From Phyllobates terribilis (Eukaryota), in NCBI RefSeq assembly GCF_046119375.1, contig NW_027362765.1, positions 16,120,001 to 16,184,000 of the forward strand: DNA of 64,000 bases, read 5' to 3'. The notes below the pieces were generated by a model that searched no databases, had not been told where the DNA came from, and saw only the letters and a program-made list of their open reading frames with translations. Positions 1 to 12,852 of the stretch are shown here, one piece after another (position 1 is the stretch's first letter; every line of letters begins with the position of its first letter). The position numbers and the translations under genes were made by a program.

Positions 1-402
1 TTGTTGGACAGATGGATAAATCAATAATTTTATTTATTTATCACATATAAATTCATAAAAGTAAAATATTTATAGAATAACAGACATGTGTAGGGGGACG
101 GGGATAAATAGTCACATAATAGCAGCCAGAACATCAGCAACTCAGGGAGCCTATCAAACCCATTAGGGGGTTATAAGGTAAGATAACATGAGTATTGAAC
201 AGAAAACCCCCCACAGAGAGTTAATTAATATCTAAGCAAAATCCCATGGCCCAAGAGGGTAACGGCTAAGGTAAATAATATGCCGGGTCGGGAATTGATG
301 AGACAGTTTAGGGGAAAACCGGAAAAAATATCTCAAAATAGTGCAAAGGCTCACCCTGAGAAAGACTGAAGCCCACGGTGGTGGGTAAGACCCGTGCCGC
401 TT

Positions 403-440
403 CCCAACGCGAGTTTCGCGTGTCCTGCTTTCTCAAGGGA
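403..440 (-). ncRNA. Degenerate minimal hammerhead-ribozyme-like motif, probably in a PLE pseudo-LTR remnant (~1-560)
   Basis: Minus strand reads CCC-UUGAGAA-AGC-AGGACAC-GC-GAAAC-UCGCGU-UGGG. It has the PLE-type layout but deviates from CUGAnGA. Confidence 0.4.
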
Positions 441-639
441 AGATGTGGCTATTGTGCTGTCAGGACCTTTGAAATACCCAGGTGACCGATCACATGGTAC
501 ACAGTCTGCTGATATCCTGGCTGCTATTATGTGACTATTTATGTCTCTGTTATTCATATATATTGTACTTTTATGAATTTATATGTGAAAATTATTGATT
601 TTATCCATCTTTCCAACAAAACTCAATTTTTTCTCTTGT

Positions 640-698
<59 letters not shown>

Positions 699-1249
699 AG
701 ACCAAAAGTTTGGACACACCTCATTTAAAGATTTTTCTGTATTTTCATGACTATGAAAATTGTACATTCACACTGAAGGCATCAAAACTATGAATTAACA
801 CATGTGGAATTATATACTTAACAAAAAAGTGTGAAACAACTGAAAATATGTCTTATATTCTAGGTCAGGGGTCCTCAAACTACGGCCCGCGGCCCACATG
901 TGGCCCGCGGAGGATTTTTATCCGGCCCGCCGGGCTGTGGGCAGAGGGGAGAGGTGTCAGCGCCCGCCCTTCCCCCCGCTTTCTCAGGGCCCCGGCAGCC
1001 CGATACTTACCTCTCCCCGTGCCTTCGCAGATCCGCTGTCTTCCTGGTCTGCGCTCCCTGTGACATCTCAGGTCAGAGGGCGCGGTGACGTCTTTACAAC
1101 GCGCCCTCCCGAGTGCCGTCACAGGCAGCGCAGAGATGGACGACGCCGGAGGCGCTGGAGTCCGGACCTGAGCAGCGGCAGCAGGCAAGGAGAGAGGTGA
1201 GTATTGGATTTTTTTTTTTTTTATGTATGGAGGCATGGGACATAATATT

Positions 1250-1810
1250 AGGGGTGACATCCTGCATGGGGCATTATATGGGTGGGTGACATCCTGAATG
1301 GGGCATTATAAAGACAGGGGAGTGATATCCTGCATGGGTCATTATATGAGGGGGAGGGGTGACATCCTGAATGGGGCATTATATTGGGGGGGGTGACATC
1401 CTGAATGGGGCATTATAAAGACAGGGGAGTGATATCCTGCATGGGTCATTATATGGGGGGGGGGGGTGACATCCTGAATGGGGCATTATATGGGGGGTGA
1501 CATGCTGCATTATATGGGGGGGTGACATCCTGCATGGGGCATTATAAAGACAGGGGAGTGATATCCTGCATGAGTCATTATATGGGGGGGTGACATCATG
1601 AATGGGGCATTATATGGGGGGTGACATCCAGCATGGGGCATTGTATGGGGTGGGGGTGACATCCTGAATGGGGCATTATAAAGACAGGGGAGTGATATCT
1701 ATCCTGCATGGGTCATTATATGGGGGGTGGTGACATCCTGAATGGGGCATTATATGGGGGGTGACATCCTGAATGGGGCATTATAAAGACAGGGGAGTGA
1801 TATCTTGCAT
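1250..1810. repeat. G-rich minisatellite A inside the hAT (ggggtgacatcctgaatggggcattatat variants); second copy ~5940-6720
   Basis: Visible tandem variants; explains the spurious Pro/His-rich ORFs. Confidence 0.85.
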
Positions 1811-1939
1811 GGGGCATTATATGGTGGGAGAAAGGGAAATCCTGCATGGGGCATTATATGGTGGGAGAAAGGGAAATCCTGCATGGGGCATAATAAGGGG
1901 GGAACAGCCTGCATAGGGCATTATAAGGGGGAAACAGCC

Positions 1940-2670
1940 TGCCTATTGAGGACCTATGCTGCCTGTTGGGGACATTTACCTGCCTATTGGGGACATTTAT
2001 TTGCCTATTGGGATTATTTACCTGCCTATTGGGGACCTATGCTGCCTATTTGGGACATTTACCTACCTATTTGGGACATTTACCTGCCTATTGGGGACCT
2101 ATGCTGCCTATTGGGAACATTTACCTGCCTATTGGGGACATTTACTTGCCTATTAGGAATCTATGCTGCCTATTGGGGATATTTACCTGCCTATTGGGGA
2201 CATTTATTTGCCTATTGGGATTATTTACCTGCCTATTGGGGACCTATGCTGCCTATTTGGGACATTTACCTACCTATTTGGGACATTTACCTGCCTATTG
2301 GGGACCTATGCTGCCTATTGGGAACATTTACCTGCCTATTGGGGACATTTACTTGCCTATTAGGAACCTATGCTGCCTATTGGGGATATTTACCTGCCTA
2401 TTGGGGACCTATGCTGCCTATTTGGGACATTTACCTGCCTATTGGGGACATTTACCTGCCTATTGGGGACCTATGCTGCCTATTGGGTACATTTACCTGC
2501 CTATTGGGGACCTATGCTGCCTATTGGGTGCATTTATCTGCCTATTGGGGACATTTACCTGCCTATTGGGGATATTTACCTGCCTATTGAGGACCTATGC
2601 TGCCTATTGGGGACATTTACCTGCCTATTGGGGACCTATGCTGCCTATTGGGTACAGTTACCTACCTATT
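1940..2670. repeat. 21-bp minisatellite B inside the hAT (ggggacatttacctgcctatt variants); second copy ~6850-7335
   Basis: 7-aa periodic ORFs (GDIYLPI / LLGTFTC) in several frames. Confidence 0.88.
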
Positions 2671-4342
2671 GAAATACCGGTTGATTTAACTTTACTTGTT
2701 CTTCATTTTAAATATTGTATTTGTTCCAGTATTGTTTTTCTTACTACAAAATAAGATATGTGCAGTGTGCATAGGAATTTGTTCATAGTTTTTTTTAAAA
2801 ACTATATTCCGGCCCTCCAATGGTCTGAGGGACCGTGAACTGGCCCCCTGTTTAAAAAGTTTGAGGACCCCTGTTCTAGGTTCTTCAAAGTAGCCACCTT
2901 TTGCTTTGATGATTGCTTTGCACACTCTTGGCATTCTCTCGATGAGCTTCAAGAGGTAGTCACCAGAAATGGTCTTCCAACAATCTTGAAGGATTTCCCA
3001 GAGATGCTTAGCACTTGTTGGCCCTTTTGCCTTCACTCTGCGGTCCAGCTCACCCCAAACCATCTCGATTGGGTTCAGGTCTGGTGACTGTGGAGGCCAG
3101 GTCATCTGGCATAGCACCCCATCACTCTCCTTCTTGGTCAAATAGCCCTTACACAGCCTGGAGGTGTGTTTGGGGTCATTGTCCTGTTGAAAAATAAATG
3201 ATGGTCCAACTAAACGCCAACCGGATGGAATAGCATGCCGCTGCAAGATGCTGTGGTAGCCATGCTGGTTCAGTATGCCTTCAATTTTGAATAAATTCCC
3301 AACAGTGTCAACAGTGTCACCAGCAAAGCACCCCCACACCATCACACCTCCTCCTCCATGCTTCACGGTAGGAACCAGGCATGTAGAGTCCATCCGTTCA
3401 CCTTTTCTGCGTCGCACAAAGACACGGTGGTTGGAACCAAAGATCTCAAATTTGGACTCATCAGACCAAAGCACAGATTTCCACTGGTCTAATGTCCATT
3501 CGTTGTGTTCTTTAGCCCAAACAAGTCTCTTCTGCTTGTTGCCTGTCCTTAGCAGTGGTTTCCTAGCAGGTATTTTACCATGAAGGCCTGCTGCACAAAG
3601 TCTCCTCTTAACAGTTGTTGAAGAAATGTGTCTGCTGCTAGAACTCTGTGTGGCATTGACCTGGTCTCTAATCTGAGCTGCTGTTAACCTGCGATTTCTG
3701 AGGCTGGTGACTTGGATAAACTTATCCTCAGAAGCAGAGGTGACTCTTGGTCTTCCTTTCCTGGGGCAGTCCTCATGTGAGCCAGTTTCTTTGTAGCGCT
3801 TGATGGTTTTTGCAACTGCACTTGAGGACACTTTCAAAGTTTTCCCAATTTTTCACATTGACGGACCTTCATTTCTTAAAGCAATGATGGCTACTCGTTT
3901 TTCTTTACTTATCTGCTTTTTTCTTGCCATAATACACATTCTAACAGTCTATTCAGTAGGACTATCAGCTGTGTATCCACCAGACTTCTGCACAACACAA
4001 CTGATGGTCCCAACCCCATTTATAAGGCAAGAAATCCCACTTATTAAACCTGACAGGGCACACCTGTGAAGTGAAAACCATTTCCGGTGACTACCTCTTG
4101 AAGCTCATCAAGAGAATGCCAAGAGTGTGCAAAGCAGTCATCAAAGCAAAAGGTGGCTACTTTGAAGAACCTAGAATATAAGACATATTTTCAGTTGTTT
4201 CACACTTTTTTGTTAAGTATATAATTCCACATGTGTTAATTCATAGTTTTGATGCCTTCAGTGTGAATGTACAATTTTCATAGTCATGAAAATACTGAAA
4301 ATTCTTTAACTGAGAAGGTTTGTCCAATCTTTTGGTCTGTAC

Positions 4343-4394
<52 letters not shown>

Positions 4395-5512
4395 CAGGTG
4401 CATCTCACTAAATTAGAACATCATCAAAAATTTATTTCAGTTCTTCAATACAAACAGTGAAACTCATATATTATATAGAGTCAATACAAACAAGAGTGAT
4501 CTATTTCAAGTGTTTATTTCTGTTAACGTTGATGATTATGGCTTACAGCCAATGAAAACACAAAAGTCATTATCTCAGTAAATTAGAATACTTTATAACA
4601 ACAGCTTCAAAAATGTTTTTAAAATCTGAAATGTTGGCCTACTGAAATGTATGTTCAGTAAATGCAGTCAATACTTGGTCGGGGCTCCTTTTGCATCAAT
4701 TACTGCATCAATGCGTCAATGTGGCATGGAGGCGATCAGCCTGCGGCACTGCTGAGGTGTTATGGAAGCCCAGGTTGCTTTGATAGCAGCTTTCAGCTCG
4801 TCTGCATTGTTGGGTCTGGTGTCTCTCATCTTCCTCTTGACAATGCCCCATAGATTCTCTATGGGGTTAAGGTCAGGCGAGTTTGCTGGCCAATCAAGCA
4901 CAGTGATACTGTTGTTTTTAAACCAGGTATTGGTACTTTTGGCCGTGTGGGTAGGTGCCAAGTCCTGATGGAGAATGAAATTTCCATCTCCAAAAAGCTT
5001 GTCGGCAGAGGGAAGCATGAAGTGCTCTAAAATTTCCTGGAAGGCGGCTGCGCTGACTTTGGTCTTGATAAAACACAGTGGACCTACACCAGCAGATGAC
5101 ATGGCTCCCCAAACCATCACTGATTGTGGAAACTTCACACTAGACCTCAAGCAGCTTGGAATGTGGCCTCTCTTCTCTTCTTCCAGACTCTGGGACCTTG
5201 ATTTTCAAATGAAAATTGGAACTCTGGGACCTTGTGGAGTGTGTCAATGACTGCCCTCTGGACATTTGTCAAGTCAGCAATCTTCCCCATGATTGTGGAG
5301 CCTACTGAAACAGACTAAGGGACCTTTTTTGATGCTCAGGAAGCCTTTGCAGGTGTTTTTTGTTAATTATTTTAATTTACTGAGATAATGACTTTTGTGT
5401 TTTCATTGGCTGTAAGCCATAATCATCAACATTAATATAAATAAATCACTCTGTTTGTAATGACTCTGTATAATATAGGAGTTTCACTTTTTGTATTGAA
5501 GAACTGAAATAA
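4395..5512 (-). mobile_element. Internally deleted Tc1 (DD34E) element, copy 1 (far end lost at the duplication junction)
   Basis: TIR caggtgcatctcactaaattag after TA; transposase remnant VMVWGAMS...HQDLAPTH...SPDLNPIE. Confidence 0.85.
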
Positions 5513-5815
5513 GGCTATGTGCCCACGATGCAGAAATGCTCCAGATTTTTTTTGAGCGTTTCTGCATCTCCTTGGCAGAAAAAACGCATGCGGATTGTAC
5601 ATGCGTTTTTCCTGCCAGGGACAAGCGGATGTGAAGCATTCTTCACATGCATTTCCACATGCGGGTTGTCAAGCTCTTTCCAAGCGATTTTAGCATCACT
5701 TGGAAAGTGCTTGACAACTTGGTCACTCTATATAAATCCATGCAACCGGCATGGATTTATATAGTGTGACCGAAAGAATGGTAAAAAAAAAATATTATAC
5801 TTACCTTCCGATGGC
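5513..5815. mobile_element. PIF/Harbinger-type MITE, truncated copy
   Basis: Nearly identical to the first 300 bp of the complete MITE at 20315-21192. Confidence 0.8.
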
Positions 5816-7857
5816 AGCGCAGAGAGGGACGACGCTGGAGACGCTGGAGTCCGGACCTGAGCAGCGGCAGCAGGCAAGGAGGGAGGTGAGTATTGGATTT
5901 TTTTTTTTTTTTTTTATGTATGGAGGCATGGGACATAATATTAGGGGTGACATCCTGCATGTGGCATTATATGGGGGGGGGGTGACATCCTGAATGGGGC
6001 ATTATATGGGGGGGTGACATGCTGCATGGGGCATTATATGGGGGGTGACATCCAGCATGGGGCATTATATGGGGGGGGGGTGACATCCTGAATGGGGCAT
6101 TATAAAGACAGGGGAGTGATATCCTGCATGGGTCATTATATGGGGGGGGGGGTGACACCCTGAATGGGGCATTATATGGGGGGGGGGTGGCATCCTGAAT
6201 GGGGCATTATAAAGACAGGGGAGTGATATCCTGCATGGGTCATTATATGGGGGGGGGGGTGACATCCTGAATGGGGCATTATATGGGGGGTGACATGCTG
6301 CATTATATGGGGGGGTGACATCCTGCATGGGGCATTATAAAGACAGGGGAGTGATATCCTGCATGGGTCATTACATGGGGGGGGTGACATCCTGAATGGG
6401 GCATTATATGGGGGGGTGACATGCTGCATTATATGGGGGGTGACATCCAGCATGGGGCATTATATGGGGGGGTAACATCCTGAATGGGGCATTATAAAGA
6501 CAGGGAAGTGATATCCTGCATGGGTCACTATATGGGGGGGGGGGTGACATCCTGAATGGGGCATTATATGGGGGGGGGTGACATCCTGAATGGGGCATTA
6601 TAAAGACAGGGGAGTGATATCCTGCATTGGTCATTATATGGGGGGGTGACATCCTGAATGGGGCATTATATGGGGGGTGACATCCTGAATGGGGCATTTT
6701 AAAGACAGGGGAGTGATATCTTGCATGGGGCATTATATGGTGGGAGAAAGGGAAATCCTGCATGGGGCATTATATGGTGGGAGAAAGGGAAATCCTGCAT
6801 GGGGCATAATAAGGGGGGGAACAGCCTGCATAGGGCATTATAAGGGGGAAACAGCCTGCCTATTGAGGACCTATGCTGCCTATTGGGGACATTTACCTGC
6901 CTATTGGGGACATTTACTTGCCTATTGGGGACATTTACCTGCCTATTGGGGACCTATGCTACCTATTTGGGACATTTACCTGCCTATTTGGGACATTTAC
7001 CTGCCTATTGGGGACCTATGCTGCCTATTGGGAACATTTACCTGCCTATTGGGGACATTTACTTGCCTATTAGGAACCTATGCTGCCTATTGGGGATATT
7101 TACCTGCCTATTGGGGACCTATGCTGCCTATTTGGGACATTTACCTGCCTATTGGGGACATTTACCTGCCTATTGGGGACCTATGCTGCCTATTGGGTAC
7201 ATTTACCTGCCTATTGGGGACCTATGCTGCCTACTGGGGACATTTACCTGCCTATTGGGGATATTTACCTGCCTATTGAGGACCTATGCTGCCTATTGGG
7301 GACATTTACCGGACCTATGCTGCCTATTGGGTACAGTTATAAATACAATTGAGCCAAACTCTATGGTAAATCTTAAACATTGTCCTGTATATACAGGGTA
7401 CTCCTACTTAAATACATAACCTATAAAGACATGGAGTATAACCCCCAGAAAGAAGTATGGAGTAGTACTAGATGGTATAAAAATTGAAAGCTTTATTAAA
7501 TACAAATATTAAAATCGAAAAAATATTGAAAGTTAACAGGTCACTAGGGGTGAAAAACACAAAGACAGGGCGGCAATTGTGTACAGAGATACACAAGGGG
7601 TCATCTGGCAACACTTAGTCAGAGATTGTACTCTCATGCATATGTGACTAGCCCCATAAAGTAGGGGGCACACAGATAATAAATCCAAATGACAGTGTAT
7701 ACAGTCAACAGAATACAGGTGGCAAGGAATCCACAAATGTGTAAGTTCAATGACGATTCCAACCCTTCTTACATGCATACAAAGCAAATATGGATAATAT
7801 CTACATCATAACAGATGGCTCACCCATGTGTCAAATAACCTCGTATGCCGCGCTGGG

Positions 7858-7895
7858 GCCCCGACGCGCGTTTCGCATATAGCTTCCTCGGGGGG
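7858..7895 (-). ncRNA. Minimal type I hammerhead-like motif in the PLE pLTR, copy 1
   Basis: CCC-CCGAGGA-A-GC-UAUAU-GC-GAA-ACGCGCGU-C-GGGG: palindromic stem III and a GUC cleavage triplet; U4 is replaced by C. Confidence 0.7.
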
Positions 7896-8535
7896 CTGTG
7901 GTTTTACACGTGGACCGCCATCATTATATACCCCACTTCCCTACCCAACAGGTGTACACGCCGATAATCACGGCGCATGCGCGATGACCTCCGCCCCCTC
8001 CGCCGCGTCACTTCCGGCTAATTCCCAGCGGAAGTGTGGGCGGGAACAATGCGTTCCATTGACGTCAATGGCCCACACTTCCGCCATACGGAAGCCTTAA
8101 GGACGCAGTCGGACGGGGACAAGCTCGCGCATGCGTCACACGGCGGCAGCCATATTGGGTAAGGGAGAAAGGATGGGCAGCCATACATGGGACAGGTAAC
8201 AACGCACCAGGAAGACAATCAACCATAAAACATTGCATAAATAAAGGTTTTCACAATTAATTGCAATATACACAAAATCTACCAAGAAAGTATCATTCCT
8301 TCAGCAAGCGTTATGGTTAACAATATGCAAATATAGATGTCTGAGGAGTCCTCCAGTATGTGTTGTTCACAGATATATGCGAAGAAAGACTTGTCCATAT
8401 ACAATAACAAAGGGCTGATCCCAAATAGTTCCGAGAGGTATTCCAGAAATGAAATAAATGATGACGTAAATGCTAAAAAAGAACAAAAGAATTAAAATCC
8501 ACATAATAAAAACAGAAGGAGAAGGGCATATGGAA

Positions 8536-11500
8536 CTAGAGGTAGGGAGCAAAACTGTTCTGTTCATTTAGACCCCTAGGGGTCATCGTGTCCAGTATAG
8601 CTATCCAGCGACACTCCAGCTGCGCCAAAATGCGTTTGTGATTGCCACCCCTAATCCCGAGGTGTACTCGGTCAATGCCTCTAAATTGGAGGCATACGGG
8701 GTCGCAGTTATGGCACAGTCTGAAGTGTCGCGGGATCGTCTTAAGCAGTGATACATCGGGGGCCTCTCGAGCCGCCAAAACGTCTCTGATGTGTTCCCTT
8801 ACTCGGATCCGAAACTCTCTCGATGTGAGCCCCACATAGCTCTAATTGCACGGACATGTGGCCATATACACAATATATGTGGTACTACAAGAGATATATT
8901 GTGTAATTTTAAAGTTTTTTAGGCCATCTGCAGAAGTAAATGATGTTGTGCGAACTATGTTTCTACAAGCCAGACAGGACCCGCAGGGAAAGCAACCCCA
9001 TCTTTGTTTCCCACCCCCAAATAGGGTGGGGGTGGGAGCGACATAGTGGCTTCTAACTAGCGAGTCCTTTAGACTCTTGCCCCTCCTAGCCGTCATCAAG
9101 GGTTTATCAGGTAAAATTTTGTTCAGTGTAGGTTCAGTTTTGAGGATGGACCAATGTTTGGACAGAATCTCTCGTATTTCCCGCCAACGACTATTATAAG
9201 TAGATATAAATCTAATGGGGGGATCCCTCTCAGGTTGTTTTATGGGATTAATTAGGAGAAGATCCCGTGGAGTTTTCCTAGCACGTTTATAGCCTTTCTT
9301 AATACTACGTGTGCTGTACCCACGATCTCGGAATCTCTGGTCAAGGTCCCGAGCCTGAGCCTCAAATGTTACGTCAGAGAAACAAATGCGTTTCATCCTC
9401 AAATAATGTCCAACAGGAATGGCCCGAATTGTTGAAGGTGTATGGGCTGATGTTGCATGTAACAATGAGTTGACTGCTGTCTCCTTACGATAAACATCAG
9501 TCTCTACCATGCCATTCTGTTGGACAATGATCTTAATGTCCAGAAAGTCAATCTGGTTGTGATCAAACTTATAGGTAAGCCTAATGTTCCTATCGTTAAG
9601 ATTTAAAGAGGCAATGAAGTCATGAAGCTCAGACTCGGGACCCTGCCAGATGATGAAGACATCATCTATATATCTGTACCAGCACTGCACATGGGAGGCG
9701 GCGCCGGCTCCATCCCCGAAAATCTCCCTCTCCCAGAAACTGAGAAAGAGATTAGCGCAGGACGGAGCACACGCCGCGCCCATCGCAGTGCCGCGTTTTT
9801 GAAGGAAGAATCTGTCTTTGAATGTGAAAAAATTATGGGTAAGTATGAAATTCAATAATTCCAAGATCAAGGCACAAAGTGAGGCAGCTAAATCACTGGC
9901 TGCAAGGAAAACTCCACGGCTCGTAGTCCATCCTCATGTCCTATGCTCGTATACAGTGACTCCACGTCAACCGCCACCAAAATCATATCCGTGTCAAGAT
10001 ATAGGCCATCAATCTTCCTAAGGACGTCCCCTGTGTCTCTGACATAGGAGGGCAGCGTTTCAACCAACGGATGGAGGTAATGTTCAATGAATTTACAAAT
10101 AGGATCGCACAGCCCTCCAATGCCAGAGACAATGGGAAGTCCCGGGGGTTCTAGAGGATTCTTGTGAATTTTGGGTAGCAGGTAAAGAGTAGGAACTATT
10201 GGGCACTTAATAAGAAGACCATCAAAGATTTTTTTAGGAATAATTCCCTGCTCATATGCCCGCTCCAAAATGTCAAGAAGTACAGCCGAAAAGGCTGCCA
10301 AAGGATTACTGGATAGAGGAATATAAGTTGTCCGGTCCCGGAGTTGCCTAAAGGCCTCTCTCTCATATTTTGTGACTGGCCAGACCACAACGTTCCCTCC
10401 CTTGTCCGCAGGCTTAAACACCACATCTTTAATAGATTGTAGTTCCCTAAGTGCTTTTCGCTGTCCCGGGGTAAGATTATCATTCCTAAACCTCCCAGAT
10501 AGATTCCTAAGATCATCACTGACAAGTTTGTTAAAGATTTCAACTTGTGGGCAGAGGGAGAAGGGAGGGAAGGTGGTGGATCTGGCCAGGACAGAGGTGG
10601 GAAAAGTACCTGTAGGGACCGGAACACTCTCTCTCTCCAGTTCCTCCAAAGTAGACAAGGCTTCCCTTTCCATAGTCGTGTCCAAATAATCATGACAGGT
10701 AGGTTTGGTGTGCAGTTTCCGCAGAATCACTTTCCTGAGGAATAATTGTAGATCTTTTAACGCTGGGAAAAAATTGTAATTGTTAGTAGGTACAAAGGTT
10801 AGGCCCAACGATAGAACCTCTATCTGATCTTCAGACAGTGTGTGGGTAGAGAGATTGATTACCTCTAGGTTATTAAATTTAGATTTTTTCTCCATGGATT
10901 GTGGTGGGGTTAACTTCCGTTTAGAGTTGCTTTTCCCCTTCCATTGTCCACAGTATCTCTCACCCGACAAATTTACACTGTTCGTGCCAGCCTGATTACT
11001 TTTAGATGGCTCTTCATCCATAGATGACAGGGATGAGACAGAGCTGCCCCGATTCCCCAACACTGACCTTGTAGGACTCTTTTTCCTTCTCCATCTATAG
11101 ACCTGCTTTTGGTTAAAGTCCGAAAGGTCTCTTTGATACTTTCTAGTTTTAGAAGTCACTATGTCTCTCTCCCATTTGAGAAATTCGTTATCCAAGTCCA
11201 AATTGAATTTACTCAGTGCTTCTGGGGTTAATTTAGTAGACAGAGAGTCCTGGAGCTGAGTAATCTCCACCTCAATTATGTGTAGAGACGACTCATTAGA
11301 TTTAATCAGAAGTTCCATATAGCCCCTTGAGCAGGTGGATGATAGGTCCTCCCATTGTTTTTTCAATGCATCGTCATCAAACTCAAATGCTGGAAAAACC
11401 TGGACACGAAGACCCCTAGGGATCAACCCCCTAGCCACATAACGTTCCAAGAAAGCCTTATTCCACCATAGGCGGATTTTTTTTATTATATAGGTCTTTC

Positions 11501-11613
11501 AAATTGGATATCAAGTTGTCATTCTCCCTTGTATTTAAAACCACAGTGGATTCCTCCCCAAAGACCTTATTTAACTGAGTGAGCCATGTCTGCTCACGCT
11601 TTTTGTGATCCAT
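8536..11613 (-). pseudogene. PLE polyprotein (~1025 codons): N-terminal domain, reverse transcriptase, Cys linker, GIY-YIG endonuclease; two homopolymer frameshifts and one stop
   Basis: GTAMG and RYIDD RT motifs; CFPCGSCLAC linker; YIVYMATCPC..YVG..R..EH and ECRWI..L.T..PRGLN. Frameshifts near 11480 and 9905; TAG at 8842-8844. Confidence 0.9.
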
Positions 11614-12177
11614 GTGTTCGGATCCAGAAGCTGTGAAAACACACAGTATTAGCCAAACATAAATACAATTGAGCCGAACTTTATGGTAAATCTTAAACAT
11701 TGTCCTGTATATACAGGGTACTCCTACTTAAATACATAACCTATAAAGACATGGAATATAACCCCCAGAAAGAAGTATGGAGTAGTACTAGATGGTATTA
11801 AAATTGAAAGCTTTATTAAATACAAATATTAAAATCGAAAAAATATTGAAAGTTAACAGGTCACTAGGGGTGAAAAGCACAAAGACAGGGCGGCAATTGT
11901 GTACAGAGATACACAGGGGGTCATCTGGCAACACTTAGTCAGAGATTGTACTCTCATGCATATGTGACTAGCCCCAAAAAGTAGGGGGCACACAGATAAT
12001 AAATCCAAATGACAGTGTATACAGTCAACAGAATACAGGTGGCAAGGAATCCACAAATGTGTAAGTTCAATGACGATTCCAACCCTTCTTACATGCATAC
12101 AAAGCAAATATGGATAATATCTACATCATAACAGATGGCTCACTCATGTGTCAAATAACCTCGTATGCCGCGCTGAG

Positions 12178-12216
12178 GCCCCGACGCACGTTTCGCGTAT
12201 AGCTTCCTCGGGGGGG
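12178..12216 (-). ncRNA. Hammerhead-like motif, PLE copy 2
   Basis: Same motif; stem III reads ACGUGCGU. Confidence 0.65.
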
Positions 12217-12852
12217 CTGTGGTTTTACAAGTGGACCGCCATCATTATATACCCCACTTCCCTACCCTACAGGTGTACACGCCGATAATCACGGCGCATG
12301 CGCGATGACCTCCGCCCCCTCCGCCGCATCATTTCCGGCTAATTCCCAGCGGAAGTGTGGGCGGGAACAATGCGTTCCACTGACGTCAATGGCCCACACT
12401 TCCGCCATACGAAAGCCTTAAGGACGCAGTCGGACGGGGACAATCTCGCGCAAGCGTCACACGGCGGCAGCCATATTGGGTAAGGGAGAAAGGATGGGCA
12501 GCCATACATGGGACAGGTAACAACGCACCAGGAAGACAATCAACCATAAAACATTGCATAAAGGTTTTCACAATTAATTGCAATATACACAAAATCTACC
12601 AAGAAAGTATCATTCCTTCAGCAAGCGTTATGGTTAACAATATGCAAATATAGATGTCTGAGGAGTCCTCCAGTATGTGTTGTTCACAGATATATGCGAA
12701 GAAAGACTTGTCCATATACAATAACAAAGGGCTGATCCCAAATAGGTCCGAGAGGTATTCCAGAAATGAAATAAATGATGACGTAAATGCTAAAAAAGAA
12801 CAAAAGAATTAAAATCCACATAATAAAAACAGAAGGAGAAGGGCATATGGAA

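Larger units (their letters stand above)
866..2873. mobile_element. Non-autonomous hAT (Charlie-type) element, copy 1
   Basis: 15-bp TIR caggggtcctcaaac / gtttgaggacccctg, perfect 8-bp TSD ttctaggt (858-865, 2874-2881) and subterminal ggcccgcg repeats. Confidence 0.92.
693..4344 (-). mobile_element. Tc1/mariner element, DD38E (Intruder-type), copy 1, interrupted by a hAT insertion
   Basis: Termini (c)agtacagaccaaaag / ttttggtctgtactg lie in TA repeats, with ~268-bp TIRs. Transposase 2874-3930 has WSDESKF, QQDNDPKH and SPDLNPIE, with 38 residues between the second D and E, and a CGA>TGA stop near 3854. Confidence 0.9.

Noticed and set aside
1805-7419. Low-complexity ORFs (GDIYLPI, MPHSGCHPP) in the hAT interior
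   Set aside because: Translations of minisatellites A and B.
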